Source: Thermoplasmata archaeon (GTDB lineage Archaea; Thermoplasmatota; Thermoplasmata; RBG-16-68-12; JAFNFQ01). From it: 64,000 bases of DNA. The position numbers and the translations under genes are program-made. Position 1 is the first letter of the stretch, and every line of letters starts with the position of its first letter. The stretch lies in the NCBI GenBank assembly GCA_041489255.1, contig JBGPQV010000001.1, positions 160,001-224,000 of the forward strand, read 5' to 3'. This document shows, one piece after another, positions 31,459 through 41,273 of this stretch. The notes under the pieces were generated by a model, which was not told where the DNA came from, searched no databases, and saw only the letters and a list, made by a program, of their open reading frames with translations.

Positions 31459-32394
31459 ATGGAGGCAGTCGCTCGCGAGGCGGGGGCGCAGCTTGGGTTG
31501 AGATTGAACGATGGCACAGCCTGGGGTCGCTGGAACGATTTTCTCGTCCGCATCCAAGGGACACCGACCTTGTCGCAGACCCAATACATCTCGATGGCTG
31601 TGATCCTGCCGCCCGGCACGGTCATGCAGTCCCTGAACGCGATCATCTCGAACAAGGAAATGTGGAAGAACCTCGGATTGAAACATGCGATGGTCAGGCT
31701 CGATTCCCAGTACGGGATCGTCAACTACATTCTGATGCCGGCGATTCGCACGCCGAAAGTGGAGGATGTCCTCGATACCTTCAGGAAGTTCACCACAGCC
31801 CTGAAACCTGTCATTCCCTCATATCCATCCAAGTGCGAGAAGTGCGGCAGGGATGTCAATCGCCTGATCCTCGTGAACAGCGTCCCTGTGTACATGTGCG
31901 ACGACGATCTCGCGAAGCTGCAGCAGCAGTTCACCCAAGTGGCGGCCATCGACCGCGCGACCAAGCCGAGATGGGGCCTTGCGATCGCAATGGGATTGCT
32001 CGGGGCGCTGGTGGGCGCGGCGATCTGGGCGGGGATCGGTTTAGCCACAGGCAACATCTTCTATCTGGTTGGCCTGGTCAACGGATTCATAGTTGCCGCA
32101 GCCATGCAGTGGGGGGCGAAGAAAGTCACGGGCCCCATGATTCTCATGATGATACTATTCGCCTTGTTCTCCACGTTCCTTGGCATGTGGTTGTGGATAA
32201 CGGCAGTCGGAGCCCAGCTAGGCTACGGATTCGACTTGATTGACGGTCTGCGTGTGTACTTCATCTATATGGGCGATGTGGGCGGCGAGGCGTTTCTCGC
32301 GTACTTTTTCACTCTCGTGCCAACTCTCTTCATTGCCTGGAACGTCGCCAAGCGGGCGAAAGCGGCGAAACCAAAACTTGACATCCAAGCATGA
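31459..32394 (+). CDS. Hypothetical membrane protein (N-terminal soluble domain with CxxC, four C-terminal TMs)
   Basis: CEKC...YMC, then GLLGALVGAAIWAGI and further hydrophobic segments; start uncertain (31411 or 31459). Confidence 0.75.
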   Translation: MEAVAREAGAQLGLRLNDGTAWGRWNDFLVRIQGTPTLSQTQYISMAVILPPGTVMQSLNAIISNKEMWKNLGLKHAMVRLDSQYGIVNYILMPAIRTPKVEDVLDTFRKFTTALKPVIPSYPSKCEKCGRDVNRLILVNSVPVYMCDDDLAKLQQQFTQVAAIDRATKPRWGLAIAMGLLGALVGAAIWAGIGLATGNIFYLVGLVNGFIVAAAMQWGAKKVTGPMILMMILFALFSTFLGMWLWITAVGAQLGYGFDLIDGLRVYFIYMGDVGGEAFLAYFFTLVPTLFIAWNVAKRAKAAKPKLDIQA

Positions 32395-32466
32395 AGCCGC
32401 AGAAGGGAATCGAACCCTCGACCTGCGCCTTACCAAGGCGCCGCTCTACCACTAAGCCACTGCGGC
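32395..32466 (-). tRNA. tRNA-Thr(GGT)
   Basis: GCCGCAG...CTGCGGC acceptor stem, anticodon arm GCGCC-TTGGTAA-GGCGC, GGTTCGATTCC T-arm; CCA not encoded. Confidence 0.95.
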
Positions 32467-32490
32467 ATTTGGCGAGCTAAGCTAGGAGGC

Positions 32491-32498
32491 ATAATAAA
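32491..32498 (-). promoter_or_regulatory. TATA box of tRNA-Thr
   Basis: TTTATTAT on the minus strand ~25 nt upstream of the tRNA 5' end. Confidence 0.6.
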
Positions 32499-32562
32499 CG
32501 TTGTTCCGAGCCATCATGGCGGGGGCTCATGATTAAGTAAGGCGGCATTGTTTCCACGAGCA

Positions 32563-34467
32563 ATGAAAGAGGCGGTCTCCAGCTTCGACCTCATCGCTAT
32601 CGTCGCAGAGATGCAAGGTCTGGTTGGCGGTCACATCGACAAGATCTACCAGAGCGATGACAATTTCTATCTCAAGATCAACCTCCCCGGCGGAGGGAAA
32701 CAGGAAGTCTACCTGAGGCCAGGGAAGTGGCTGTGTCTCCAAGAGGCCCGGGAAAAGCCAGAGACGCCCCCGCCATTTGCGCAGGCGCTGAGGCGCTACA
32801 TCTCCAATCCGACAATCGCCGCCATCACCCAGAGAGGATTCGACCGCGTCGTCGTCTTCGACCTGGAAACCGAGAAGAAATACATGCTCGTGGTCGAACT
32901 CTTTGGCGGGGGAAACCTCGTCCTAGTCGAGGACGGGAAGACAGTTCTTTGCCAGCGCGCTCAGGTCCTCAGGAACAGACAGATTAAGCCTGGACAAGAT
33001 TACGACTTCCCGCCGCCGAGCCTCAACCCGCTCGACATCGATAGAGAGGAATTCCATGCGAAGCTCAAAGCGGGGAAGGGGGCGGTCTCGAGAGCCCTCG
33101 CATCGGAGTTCAACCTGGGGGGCCTTTACGCGGAGGAACTGTGCCTCTTGGCGGGAGTCGACAAGAAGTCCAAGGCTTCAATTCTGACGGAGGAGCAGCT
33201 CGACGGATTTTTCACCGCCCTGAACAACCTCGTTGTGGCGGTGACCGAGGACCGAAGACCTGCCCTCATAGTGCAAGACGGCAAGGCGATTGATGCCGTC
33301 CCGATCGACCTGCAAGTCTACGCCGACAAGGAAAGAATCCAGTGCTCGACCTGCAGCGAGGCGCTCTCCAAGTATCTCGATACCGCCAAGGGCGAGGAGC
33401 AGGTGAAGGAGGTCGAACCTGGAGAAGACGCCGCCGGGCGCTTCCAGAGAAGAATCCAGCAGCAAGAGGAGAGCATCAAGGCGCTCAAGGATGAACAGGT
33501 GAAGTGCGAGTTCCTTGCGTTCTTCCTCTTTGAACACTTCCAGGAATTCGAAGAGCTACTCAAGATGGTGAGAGAGGGACGACAAACCAAGAACGTTCGG
33601 GTCAAGTCGATCGACCACGAGATGCACACGATCACGGTGATGATAGGAGAGGAGGATTCGATCGAGCTCGACTATCGGGAAGATGTGAACGGGAACACTC
33701 AGCTGCTCTACGAGAAGCGCCGCAAGGCGCAGGAACAGTCCGCAAAGGTCGGGGCCGCCTTGGCCGAGACGAAGAAGGAGATGGAACGGGCGGTGAAGAA
33801 GGCGAAGAAGACCGCCGCGCATCCGAAAATCAAGCCGACCAAGCAGTTCTGGTTCGAGGCCTATCGCTGGTTCATTTCATCGGAGGGTTTCCTTGTGATT
33901 GGCGGGAGGGACGCGAGGTCGAACGAGAGCCTCGTCAGGAAGCACCTGAAAGACGGGGACAGGTACGCGCACGCCGAGGTTCACGGCGCCCCGAGCGTGG
34001 TCGTCAAGGATGGAGCGAAGGCGGGTGAGCAGACCCTGCGCGAGGTATGCGAGTTCGCCCTCCTCCACAGCAAGGCGTGGTCGTCCAAGCTCGCGTCCGG
34101 GTCAGCTTACTGGGTCACGCCTGAACAGGTGAGCAAGACGCCCGAGAGCGGCGAGTACGTTCCCAAAGGTGCGTTCATCATCCGCGGGAAGAGGAACCAC
34201 TTCAAGGATCTCCAGGTCCGAGTGGCCATAGGCGAAATCGAATATGAAGGGCACAGGAAGGCGATGGCAGGTCCTCCATCCGCGGTCACCGTCAAATCCC
34301 GCCGCTACGCCATCCTGGAGCCCGGGGACATTTCCAAGGAGAAGCTGACTGGCCGCCTGGCCCGCATCTTCGAGGTGCCCGTGGAGGAGGTCACAAGGAT
34401 ACTCCCGCCAGGGCCGTTCGGCGTCAGGGAAGCGGTTGGGATCGACCTGCAAGCAGGCGTGAGGTAG
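32563..34467 (+). CDS. rqcH: Ribosome quality control protein Rqc2/NEMF (archaeal RqcH, NFACT)
   Basis: MKEAVSSFDL, FDRVV, VELFGGGN, WFEAYRWFISSEGFLVIGGRDA, QVSKTPESGEYVPKGAFIIRGKRN. Confidence 0.92.
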   Translation: MKEAVSSFDLIAIVAEMQGLVGGHIDKIYQSDDNFYLKINLPGGGKQEVYLRPGKWLCLQEAREKPETPPPFAQALRRYISNPTIAAITQRGFDRVVVFDLETEKKYMLVVELFGGGNLVLVEDGKTVLCQRAQVLRNRQIKPGQDYDFPPPSLNPLDIDREEFHAKLKAGKGAVSRALASEFNLGGLYAEELCLLAGVDKKSKASILTEEQLDGFFTALNNLVVAVTEDRRPALIVQDGKAIDAVPIDLQVYADKERIQCSTCSEALSKYLDTAKGEEQVKEVEPGEDAAGRFQRRIQQQEESIKALKDEQVKCEFLAFFLFEHFQEFEELLKMVREGRQTKNVRVKSIDHEMHTITVMIGEEDSIELDYREDVNGNTQLLYEKRRKAQEQSAKVGAALAETKKEMERAVKKAKKTAAHPKIKPTKQFWFEAYRWFISSEGFLVIGGRDARSNESLVRKHLKDGDRYAHAEVHGAPSVVVKDGAKAGEQTLREVCEFALLHSKAWSSKLASGSAYWVTPEQVSKTPESGEYVPKGAFIIRGKRNHFKDLQVRVAIGEIEYEGHRKAMAGPPSAVTVKSRRYAILEPGDISKEKLTGRLARIFEVPVEEVTRILPPGPFGVREAVGIDLQAGVR

Positions 34468-34540
34468 GAGCGGACTCTCGATGTTCAGCTTCGAAATAAC
34501 GAAAGCGTCTTAACTGACGATGTGATGGAATATTATCCCC

Positions 34541-37500
34541 ATGGAGCCCGCATACAGCCGACCCCATCCAAACCTGCGTCTGTTCGCAATGTTCACAGTG
34601 CTAATGCTGATCTTCGTCGCGATAGGATGGATCATCGGTGCAGTTTTCTTCGACGATTGGATCGCCGGTTCGCTCTTCTTCCTCATACTGGCGGGAGTGC
34701 TGAACCTGGTCAGCTACCTCTTTTCCGACAAGATCGTGCTGTGGTCCTACCGCGCCAAAATCGTGAGCGAAAATGAGGCACCACGCCTCTTCAAGATCGT
34801 GCGTTACGTCGCAGGCTTGAACGGCCTGCCCATGCCCAAGATCGCGATCGTCCCGTCCAAGACGCCCAACGCCTTCGCGACAGGCAGGAACCCGGAAAGG
34901 GCTGTCGTCGCAGCGACGGAGGGCATCCTCGAACTCCTGAACGACAATGAGCTCTCCGGCGTCATCGCGCACGAGATGGCTCACGTCAAGGACAGGGACA
35001 TCCTCGTCATGAGCGTCGCGGCGACGGTGGCGGGCGCGATAGCTTTCATGGCGCGGATGTTCGTTTGGAACATGTTCCTCGGCGGCAGGGGTCGAAGGGA
35101 AGGCAGTGGGGACATTCTCATAGTGATTCTGGTCGCAATCACCGCTCCAATCGCGGCAGTTGCGGTTCAGTTGGCGATCTCGCGGAGCAGGGAGTATAAA
35201 GCCGACTTCGTCGGAGCGCGAACAATCGGGAAGCCCAACTACCTCGCCGACGCCCTCGAGAAGCTGGAGGTCGCGAACAGGCGCAGGCCGATGCGGCGAG
35301 GCAACCCTGCATCGTCGTCCCTGTTCATTGTCAACCCGTTCAACGGGAGCTTCTTCTTCACGCTGTTCTCCACTCACCCGCCAATGGAAAAGAGAGTGAG
35401 GAGACTCAGGGACATGGCGAGCGCCTCAATCATCGGTTCCACGATAGAGTACCTCTGGGGAGATGACCTCTATACCCGAGAATATGTCCCAAGCGGATTG
35501 GTGATATGGTCTGACAATGTCTCCGTCGACTCCTCTCAAATAAGGGACGCGGAGGCGTCGGCTGTATGGATCAGCGGGGGCTCTCCGTCCATCTCCAGAA
35601 CTTGGATCGCGCATACGGGTGGAGGGGCGGTCTACATGGACCTCACGAACGCGAGCTTCATCGGGAACACCATTGAGTTCACAGGCGAAAGTGGAGTTTC
35701 GTCAGGCGGGCTTGCAGCTGTTAGAGGACACGCAAAGATAATCGGCAATACGATCCGAGACACTGTCGCGGTCGGCGGTTCCGTGGGGTTAAGCGCGCCT
35801 CTTGTCTTGGACAACACAATTGAGAGCGCGATAGGGGTTTACGCCTTTGACGGCGACTCTCAAATCGTCGGCAACACGATTCTGTCAGACACCATCGGCA
35901 TCGTTTTCGGCGATAGGGGAGATCCTCTGATAGAGAATAACACCATGATTTGGACGGGCACAGTTTCTAACGAAACCGGATCTGCGGGGATATCTAATGA
36001 GAATTCATATGGTGCGCTCTCCCACGGAAGGGTCATTGGGAATACAATCATCGGCTTCCCGACCGGAATCTGGTCTCTGGGGGGAACCGAGACCCTGTTT
36101 CTCGGAAACACAGTCAGAGGGGCGAACAGAAGTGTCAGATGCTGGCCCGAATCGACTTCAAGCTTCATAGGAAACACGTTCGAGAATCAGTACATCGGTT
36201 TCGACGCGGGAGCATGTCAGGCGAAGGAGATCGCGAACAACACATTCAGAAACACCAAGGCATGGGATTTTTACATAGTCACTGGCGGGCTACCTTGGCA
36301 CGCCGTGGCTGTCAACAACTCATTTGATTCCGACAAGGTTCTCATTGCCGAGGCAGGCTCGGACCTCACGATTGAGAATTACCTCGACGCACGCGTCCTC
36401 GACAAGAACCTCCGTCCCCTCCCTGCTGCGACGGTCCAGGTGGGCACAATCGGACAGTCCACTCAACTGGCTACCACGGATTCGGAGGGAGAAGCCAGGT
36501 GGTTCCGTGTCCCGTACGTCAGATACGACTACGACGATTACAACCGCGTGCTTCACATTGGGAATCCTTTCAAACTGTTCTGGTTTTCCTCGTCTGCGGC
36601 GGCCACCTATCCCGCCAAGGACTTGAACAATCTCCCCGACTACCCGAGCCCCCGTTCTGTCAACATGTCCAAGTCCCACTGGGAGTACTTCATCGAGGTT
36701 GGCGCTCCTGACATGGTCGAGCTGGCCATGGAGAGCGTTCAGGCAACACCCGACCCAGTGTTTCTGGGAACACCTGTCTCCATAACCGCCACCGTGAGGA
36801 ACTGGGGCATCGTGAACGCGACGAACGTGTACGTCGAGTTCCGGAACGGAGGATTGAGCGGGACTCCGATTGGGTCTGTTCTCCTGGGCGGGATAACACG
36901 CCTTGGCGGCAGCCGAACGGTCGGGATGTCCTGGACGCCCCCGGCGGCGGGTGACTACACCCTCTGCGTGATCGCGGACCCGCTGAACGCGATTCCTGAG
37001 CTCGATGAGAACAACAACGGTGCCTGCACGAACCTGACCGTGGTCGCCCTACCTGACCTGGCCGTCACGCCGTCGGATGTTTCGTTCCTGCCGGCCCCGC
37101 CATTCGCAAACGGTTCCACGATCCTGATTACTGCTGCAATCTGGAACGCGGGCCTCGCTAGCTCACCCGCCACTTTCGTCCGCTTCCACGACGGGGTGCC
37201 GCCTTCCCCGGCGATTGACGGGGATGTGCCCGTCGGTCCGATCCCTGTTGGCGGGAGCGATATCGCTCAGGTCCAGTGGATTGCATCTGGAGTCGGGGGC
37301 CACGAGATATGCGTAGTGGCGGACCCGGGCAGCACTGTCGCGGAGACAGACGAGAACAACAACATGGCGTGCGTGCCCGTTCAGGTCCTCTCCCTGCCTG
37401 ACCTGGCGCCGACCTCAATCGTGACAGTCCCTCCATCGCCGATCCCCGAGGGCACGCTCTCCAAGGTCAACGTGACAATCGTCAACGCTGGCGACGTGTC

Positions 37501-39505
37501 TGCGGGAGGGTTCGACCTGCTGCTGTTCGACGACTCGAACGGCAACCTCGCTCCCGATCCCGGCGAGGACGTCGGCGTGCATGCAATGACTGGAATCTCC
37601 GGTCATTCTCAGTCGTACGAGGAGTTCTCCTGGTCGGCCGCTCCCGCGGGCGCTCACAGCCTCTGCGCCTACGCCGACCCGCCACCCGGCATGGTGACCG
37701 AGTCTAACGAGACGAACAACGTGATGTGCATCGACATCCTCGTACAGCCGGGCCTAATCCTCAGGCCAGACTACGCTCCGGACTCTCCTCTCCCCATCCC
37801 GCCGATCAGGGTGGGCATGTCCTCTCCCGTCTCCCTCTCGATCCAGGTGCTCAACCAGGGGAACGGCACCGCCACCGGCGACGCGACGGTCGCCTTCCAC
37901 GAGCAGTCATCACCGCCATTCCTCACTTTTGTCCTGAGTCCTCTTGCTCCCGCTGCCGTTTCCTCGCGGTTCACCGCTACGTGGACATCACCCGCCGTCC
38001 CGGGCACATACCTCGTGTCCGTCGATGTGGACTACTACGACAACGTGACCGAGTGGGACGAGACGAACAACGTCTACACGTGGGCGATTGAGGTGGTGGC
38101 TGGTCCAATTACATCTCTCGTGATTGGCTCTCCGAACTACACCACCACGGTGACGTACGTCAAGTCCGTCACTCCCCTCGACTTCTCCGTCATCGACCAG
38201 AGCGGGCTCGGGATAAGGAACACCACGTACACGATCGACGGCGGGGCACCTGTCAACTACACCGCCCCGGGGATGTTCTTCCTGGCGGGAGAAGGAGAGC
38301 ACGCCGTCGAGTGGCGCTCGCTGGACTGGGCGGGGAACCTGGAGGACCTCAATTCAAGGGTGCTGAGGGTGGACGACATTCCCCCCGCAACGACTCTCTC
38401 CATTGGTGATCCCAAGTACCTCGTCGGCGGGAACTTCGTCACCTCGTCCACTCCGCTCGCTCTGCTGGCGGTCGATGGCGGCGTTACCCCCGTCGGACTG
38501 GACTACACGGAGTACAGGGTGGATGGCGGGAACTGGAAGACGTACTCATCGTCATTCGCCATGGCGGGAGAGGGAATGCACGTTCTGGGGTACCGCTCGC
38601 GCGACCTGCTCGGGAACAGCGAGGCGATCCAGTCGATACAGATAGTGGTCGACAACACTCCTCCCGCCACCGCCATCTCGACCGGTGAACCCAAGTACCT
38701 GACCGGCGGCAATTTCGTCAATTCCTCGACTCCCCTCACCCTCTCGGCGGCGGATGGCGGTGTCGGTTCCAACTCCACCTTCTACCGCCTCTGGGGCGGT
38801 TCCTGGTCTCCGTGGCGGGACTACTCCACATCGTTCAGCCTGGCGGGAAGGGACGGGACCTGGTACGTCGAATTCCGTTCATTCGACTACCTCGGGAACA
38901 TGGAGGCCGTCCGGAACGAGACATTGATCCTCGACGACACGCCGCCTGTCACGACGATCTCCCCCGCCGCTCCGTTCACCCTCGCCGCCGCGGATTCCGG
39001 TTGCGGGGTGAACGTCACGATGTACCGGATAGATGGCGGGAGCTGGACGGTCTACACCGGCGGCTTCACCCTCGCCGAGGGGGAGCACACCATATACTAC
39101 TACTCGATCGACAACCTAGGCAACGTCGAGCAGGAAAGGTCGCTGGTCGTCAAGCCGGCGGTCGAAGTGGCGGTGAACTACAAGCCTCTCATCGCTCTCG
39201 TCTTTGCCATCATCCTGGCGGTTATCGGACTTTTATCGTCCAAGAAAAGGCCCTGGAAGAGCGGGAATGACAGGATGGCGGTGGCGAAGGCCTTCGCGTT
39301 CACCTCGCTGCCATTCGTCCTCGCCGAGGCGGGGACGGGGATGGTCTCGCTGCTGACAGGTCAGTTGTCAATACCGCCACTGGCGGGAGTCGGCACAGCG
39401 ATAGACTTGGCCATCCTCTTGGTGGGGCTGGGAGCCGCTGTAATGAGGACGAAGAAGAAGGAACCGGCGAAAGCCGAACAGATGGACGTGCCCAAAGGCC
39501 AGTGA
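34541..39505 (+). CDS. htpX: HtpX (M48 zinc protease) fused in frame to a beta-helix + CARDB + Ig-like surface protein with a 3-TM C-terminal anchor
   Basis: aa 1-295: PNAFATGR, AHEMAH, SRSREYKAD, STHPPMEKRV; then parallel beta-helix repeats (IIGNTI), four CARDB (ADP.N.I.E.DE.NN), DxxPPxT Ig repeats, terminal TMs; no stop between the parts. Confidence 0.85.
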   Translation: MEPAYSRPHPNLRLFAMFTVLMLIFVAIGWIIGAVFFDDWIAGSLFFLILAGVLNLVSYLFSDKIVLWSYRAKIVSENEAPRLFKIVRYVAGLNGLPMPKIAIVPSKTPNAFATGRNPERAVVAATEGILELLNDNELSGVIAHEMAHVKDRDILVMSVAATVAGAIAFMARMFVWNMFLGGRGRREGSGDILIVILVAITAPIAAVAVQLAISRSREYKADFVGARTIGKPNYLADALEKLEVANRRRPMRRGNPASSSLFIVNPFNGSFFFTLFSTHPPMEKRVRRLRDMASASIIGSTIEYLWGDDLYTREYVPSGLVIWSDNVSVDSSQIRDAEASAVWISGGSPSISRTWIAHTGGGAVYMDLTNASFIGNTIEFTGESGVSSGGLAAVRGHAKIIGNTIRDTVAVGGSVGLSAPLVLDNTIESAIGVYAFDGDSQIVGNTILSDTIGIVFGDRGDPLIENNTMIWTGTVSNETGSAGISNENSYGALSHGRVIGNTIIGFPTGIWSLGGTETLFLGNTVRGANRSVRCWPESTSSFIGNTFENQYIGFDAGACQAKEIANNTFRNTKAWDFYIVTGGLPWHAVAVNNSFDSDKVLIAEAGSDLTIENYLDARVLDKNLRPLPAATVQVGTIGQSTQLATTDSEGEARWFRVPYVRYDYDDYNRVLHIGNPFKLFWFSSSAAATYPAKDLNNLPDYPSPRSVNMSKSHWEYFIEVGAPDMVELAMESVQATPDPVFLGTPVSITATVRNWGIVNATNVYVEFRNGGLSGTPIGSVLLGGITRLGGSRTVGMSWTPPAAGDYTLCVIADPLNAIPELDENNNGACTNLTVVALPDLAVTPSDVSFLPAPPFANGSTILITAAIWNAGLASSPATFVRFHDGVPPSPAIDGDVPVGPIPVGGSDIAQVQWIASGVGGHEICVVADPGSTVAETDENNNMACVPVQVLSLPDLAPTSIVTVPPSPIPEGTLSKVNVTIVNAGDVSAGGFDLLLFDDSNGNLAPDPGEDVGVHAMTGISGHSQSYEEFSWSAAPAGAHSLCAYADPPPGMVTESNETNNVMCIDILVQPGLILRPDYAPDSPLPIPPIRVGMSSPVSLSIQVLNQGNGTATGDATVAFHEQSSPPFLTFVLSPLAPAAVSSRFTATWTSPAVPGTYLVSVDVDYYDNVTEWDETNNVYTWAIEVVAGPITSLVIGSPNYTTTVTYVKSVTPLDFSVIDQSGLGIRNTTYTIDGGAPVNYTAPGMFFLAGEGEHAVEWRSLDWAGNLEDLNSRVLRVDDIPPATTLSIGDPKYLVGGNFVTSSTPLALLAVDGGVTPVGLDYTEYRVDGGNWKTYSSSFAMAGEGMHVLGYRSRDLLGNSEAIQSIQIVVDNTPPATAISTGEPKYLTGGNFVNSSTPLTLSAADGGVGSNSTFYRLWGGSWSPWRDYSTSFSLAGRDGTWYVEFRSFDYLGNMEAVRNETLILDDTPPVTTISPAAPFTLAAADSGCGVNVTMYRIDGGSWTVYTGGFTLAEGEHTIYYYSIDNLGNVEQERSLVVKPAVEVAVNYKPLIALVFAIILAVIGLLSSKKRPWKSGNDRMAVAKAFAFTSLPFVLAEAGTGMVSLLTGQLSIPPLAGVGTAIDLAILLVGLGAAVMRTKKKEPAKAEQMDVPKGQ

Positions 39506-39617
39506 CGGCCGAGATGGCTGTCGGTCAAGATTGACGTTCGCTGCAAGAAGGGCCTCTTTCACCTCGCCATCGTCGCATCATGCCGTGTCGGCAGTCCTGC
39601 CCCGCCGTCGCAGAGGC

Positions 39618-40061
39618 TCACACCCGGAATCCATCAGCCCTCAGCGTCTCGATTAACTCGCTGGTCGTGAAGCACCTCACACGCGTCTGTCTCTTGAGAT
39701 GCGGATCATCCGACCATACCCCGTCGCACCGGACTGACAGGGCCATCGCGAGATAGACCGCGTCCCTCGGGTCTATCCCGGTCATGGCCTTCTCCGCCTC
39801 GTCCAGGCTGCCGGAGAAGACGGCCTCAGGCAGGACGACGAAGTACTTGCCGAGGGTGGCCAGGAGCGCCTCAGCCTGCCTCCTCTCCAGTCCGGCCCTC
39901 CGGCTCAGCTTGGGGAGGTGCCGGCGGACCTCCTCGAAGAGGTACTCGGGCACGAGCAGCCGGAGCCCTGAGAGCGTGACGATCCTTCGTACGGTGGAGT
40001 CTCTCAGGAATGCGGCGACGAAGACGTTCGCGTCGGCGACGAGCCTCAGCGGTGCCGCCAC
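39618..40061 (-). CDS. PIN-domain (VapC-like) toxin
   Basis: LVADANVF, E.LFEE, DPRDAVYLAMA, VWSDD: PIN acidic residues. Confidence 0.88.
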   Translation of the reverse strand: MAAPLRLVADANVFVAAFLRDSTVRRIVTLSGLRLLVPEYLFEEVRRHLPKLSRRAGLERRQAEALLATLGKYFVVLPEAVFSGSLDEAEKAMTGIDPRDAVYLAMALSVRCDGVWSDDPHLKRQTRVRCFTTSELIETLRADGFRV

Positions 40062-40065
40062 GGAA

Positions 40066-40299
40066 TCACCCCTTGACGCCCTTTCCGTAACGCCTCAGCA
40101 GAGCTTCCTTCAGGAAGTGGTCAAGCTCGTCCACGTCGTCAGCCGAGAGCACGCTCTTCGCGGTCAGGCGGTCCATCAGCTCCAGGTCGCGTATCCTCTC
40201 GGCGAGCACACGCCTCACCACCTCGCTCCACTTCACCTCGGGGTGCTTCTTCATCTTCCGGTGCAGGCTCTCCGGGACCGACAGGGTGATGTTGGCCAT
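40066..40299 (-). CDS. Ribbon-helix-helix antitoxin
   Basis: MANITLSVPESLHRKMKKHPEVKWSEVVR; immediately upstream of the PIN gene. Confidence 0.85.
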   Translation of the reverse strand: MANITLSVPESLHRKMKKHPEVKWSEVVRRVLAERIRDLELMDRLTAKSVLSADDVDELDHFLKEALLRRYGKGVKG

Positions 40300-40449
40300 C
40301 GAATGACATATGTGCGCCCACATAATTGACCTTTTCGCCCTGGTTCTCCCTCGGGTCGACGGCAGGTGACGATGACGGCGATTCGCCATTCTTCTCATCG
40401 TCAGATGATGACTGTGGCCCAGACACGTTCACTCTCCGCCCTGTCGTCG

Positions 40450-40740
40450 CTAGAGCCGCTGGTGGCGGTGTTCGCAATCATCTTGGCGGTTGTCAGCCCT
40501 TGGTCTTCGAAGAGGAGGCCGTGGAAAGGCGGGAAGGACAGGATGACGGTGGCGAAGGGGTTCCTGGTCGCGTCCCTGCCATTCGTCCTCGCGGAGGCGG
40601 GGATGGTCTCGCTGCTGACAGGCCAGATGTCGATACCGCCGGCGGTCGGGATGGGGACGGCTGTACCTGGCCATCCTCTTGGCGGGGCTGGCCGTCGCGA
40701 TGCTCAGAGCGCTCAGGAAGACCGGGACGGAACCTGAAGG
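40450..40740 (+). pseudogene. Orphan decayed copy of the surface-protein C-terminal 3-TM anchor module
   Basis: PLVAVFAIILAV...SSKRRPWKGGKDRMTVAK...SLPFVLAEAG-MVSLLTGQMSIPP matches 39176-39470, with small deletions and a frameshift. Confidence 0.85.
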
Positions 40741-40972
40741 ACACAGCATGGTTCACTCAGATCCCTGAGATGGCTGCAAATAGCCATGCCTCGACCTCTC
40801 GATGCTCGCGGCATACCACCGCCTCCGTTCGAGCACCTTCGGTGAGGAGTTAAGAACCCGATTAACAACCTTCGCAATCAGGCAGCTGACGGATTACTAT
40901 GGATTAGATACTCATAACACCCGGGATTACGCGACTCCTATGCTGCTCTAACATCCCTCCGGACCAGCTCAC

Positions 40973-41164
40973 TTAGTACCTTCCGCCTCCGCCTCTGCGC
41001 GGGGGCCTGTGCTTCGCGAAGCAGTCACGGCAGTAGACCGGCCTGCCATCAGTCGGCTTGAAGGGGACTTCCGCTTCCTTGCCGCAGTCTGAGCAGACTA
41101 TCTTGTGCATTTCTCTTGGTCCTCTGTCGAATCCGCGACCGCCTCTGTCTTCGAACTCACTCAT
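40973..41164 (-). CDS. CxxC-x17-CxxC zinc-ribbon protein
   Basis: REMHKIVCSDCGKEAEVPFKPTDGRPVYCRDCF. Confidence 0.92.
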   Translation of the reverse strand: MSEFEDRGGRGFDRGPREMHKIVCSDCGKEAEVPFKPTDGRPVYCRDCFAKHRPPRRGGGGRY

Positions 41165-41273
41165 CTTCTGTCTATCTCCTATTGTCTGTGGCAGGCCCCT
41201 TGTGGGCCCCGCCACGCGAGAACAAATGCTGTTTCCATATATAGTTGTGCCCCAGAGGAGGCGGGAAAAGGGG

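Noticed and set aside
40760-40970. Lower-GC intergenic stretch as an ncRNA or att site
   Set aside because: I could not identify a stable structure, repeat or duplicated sequence.
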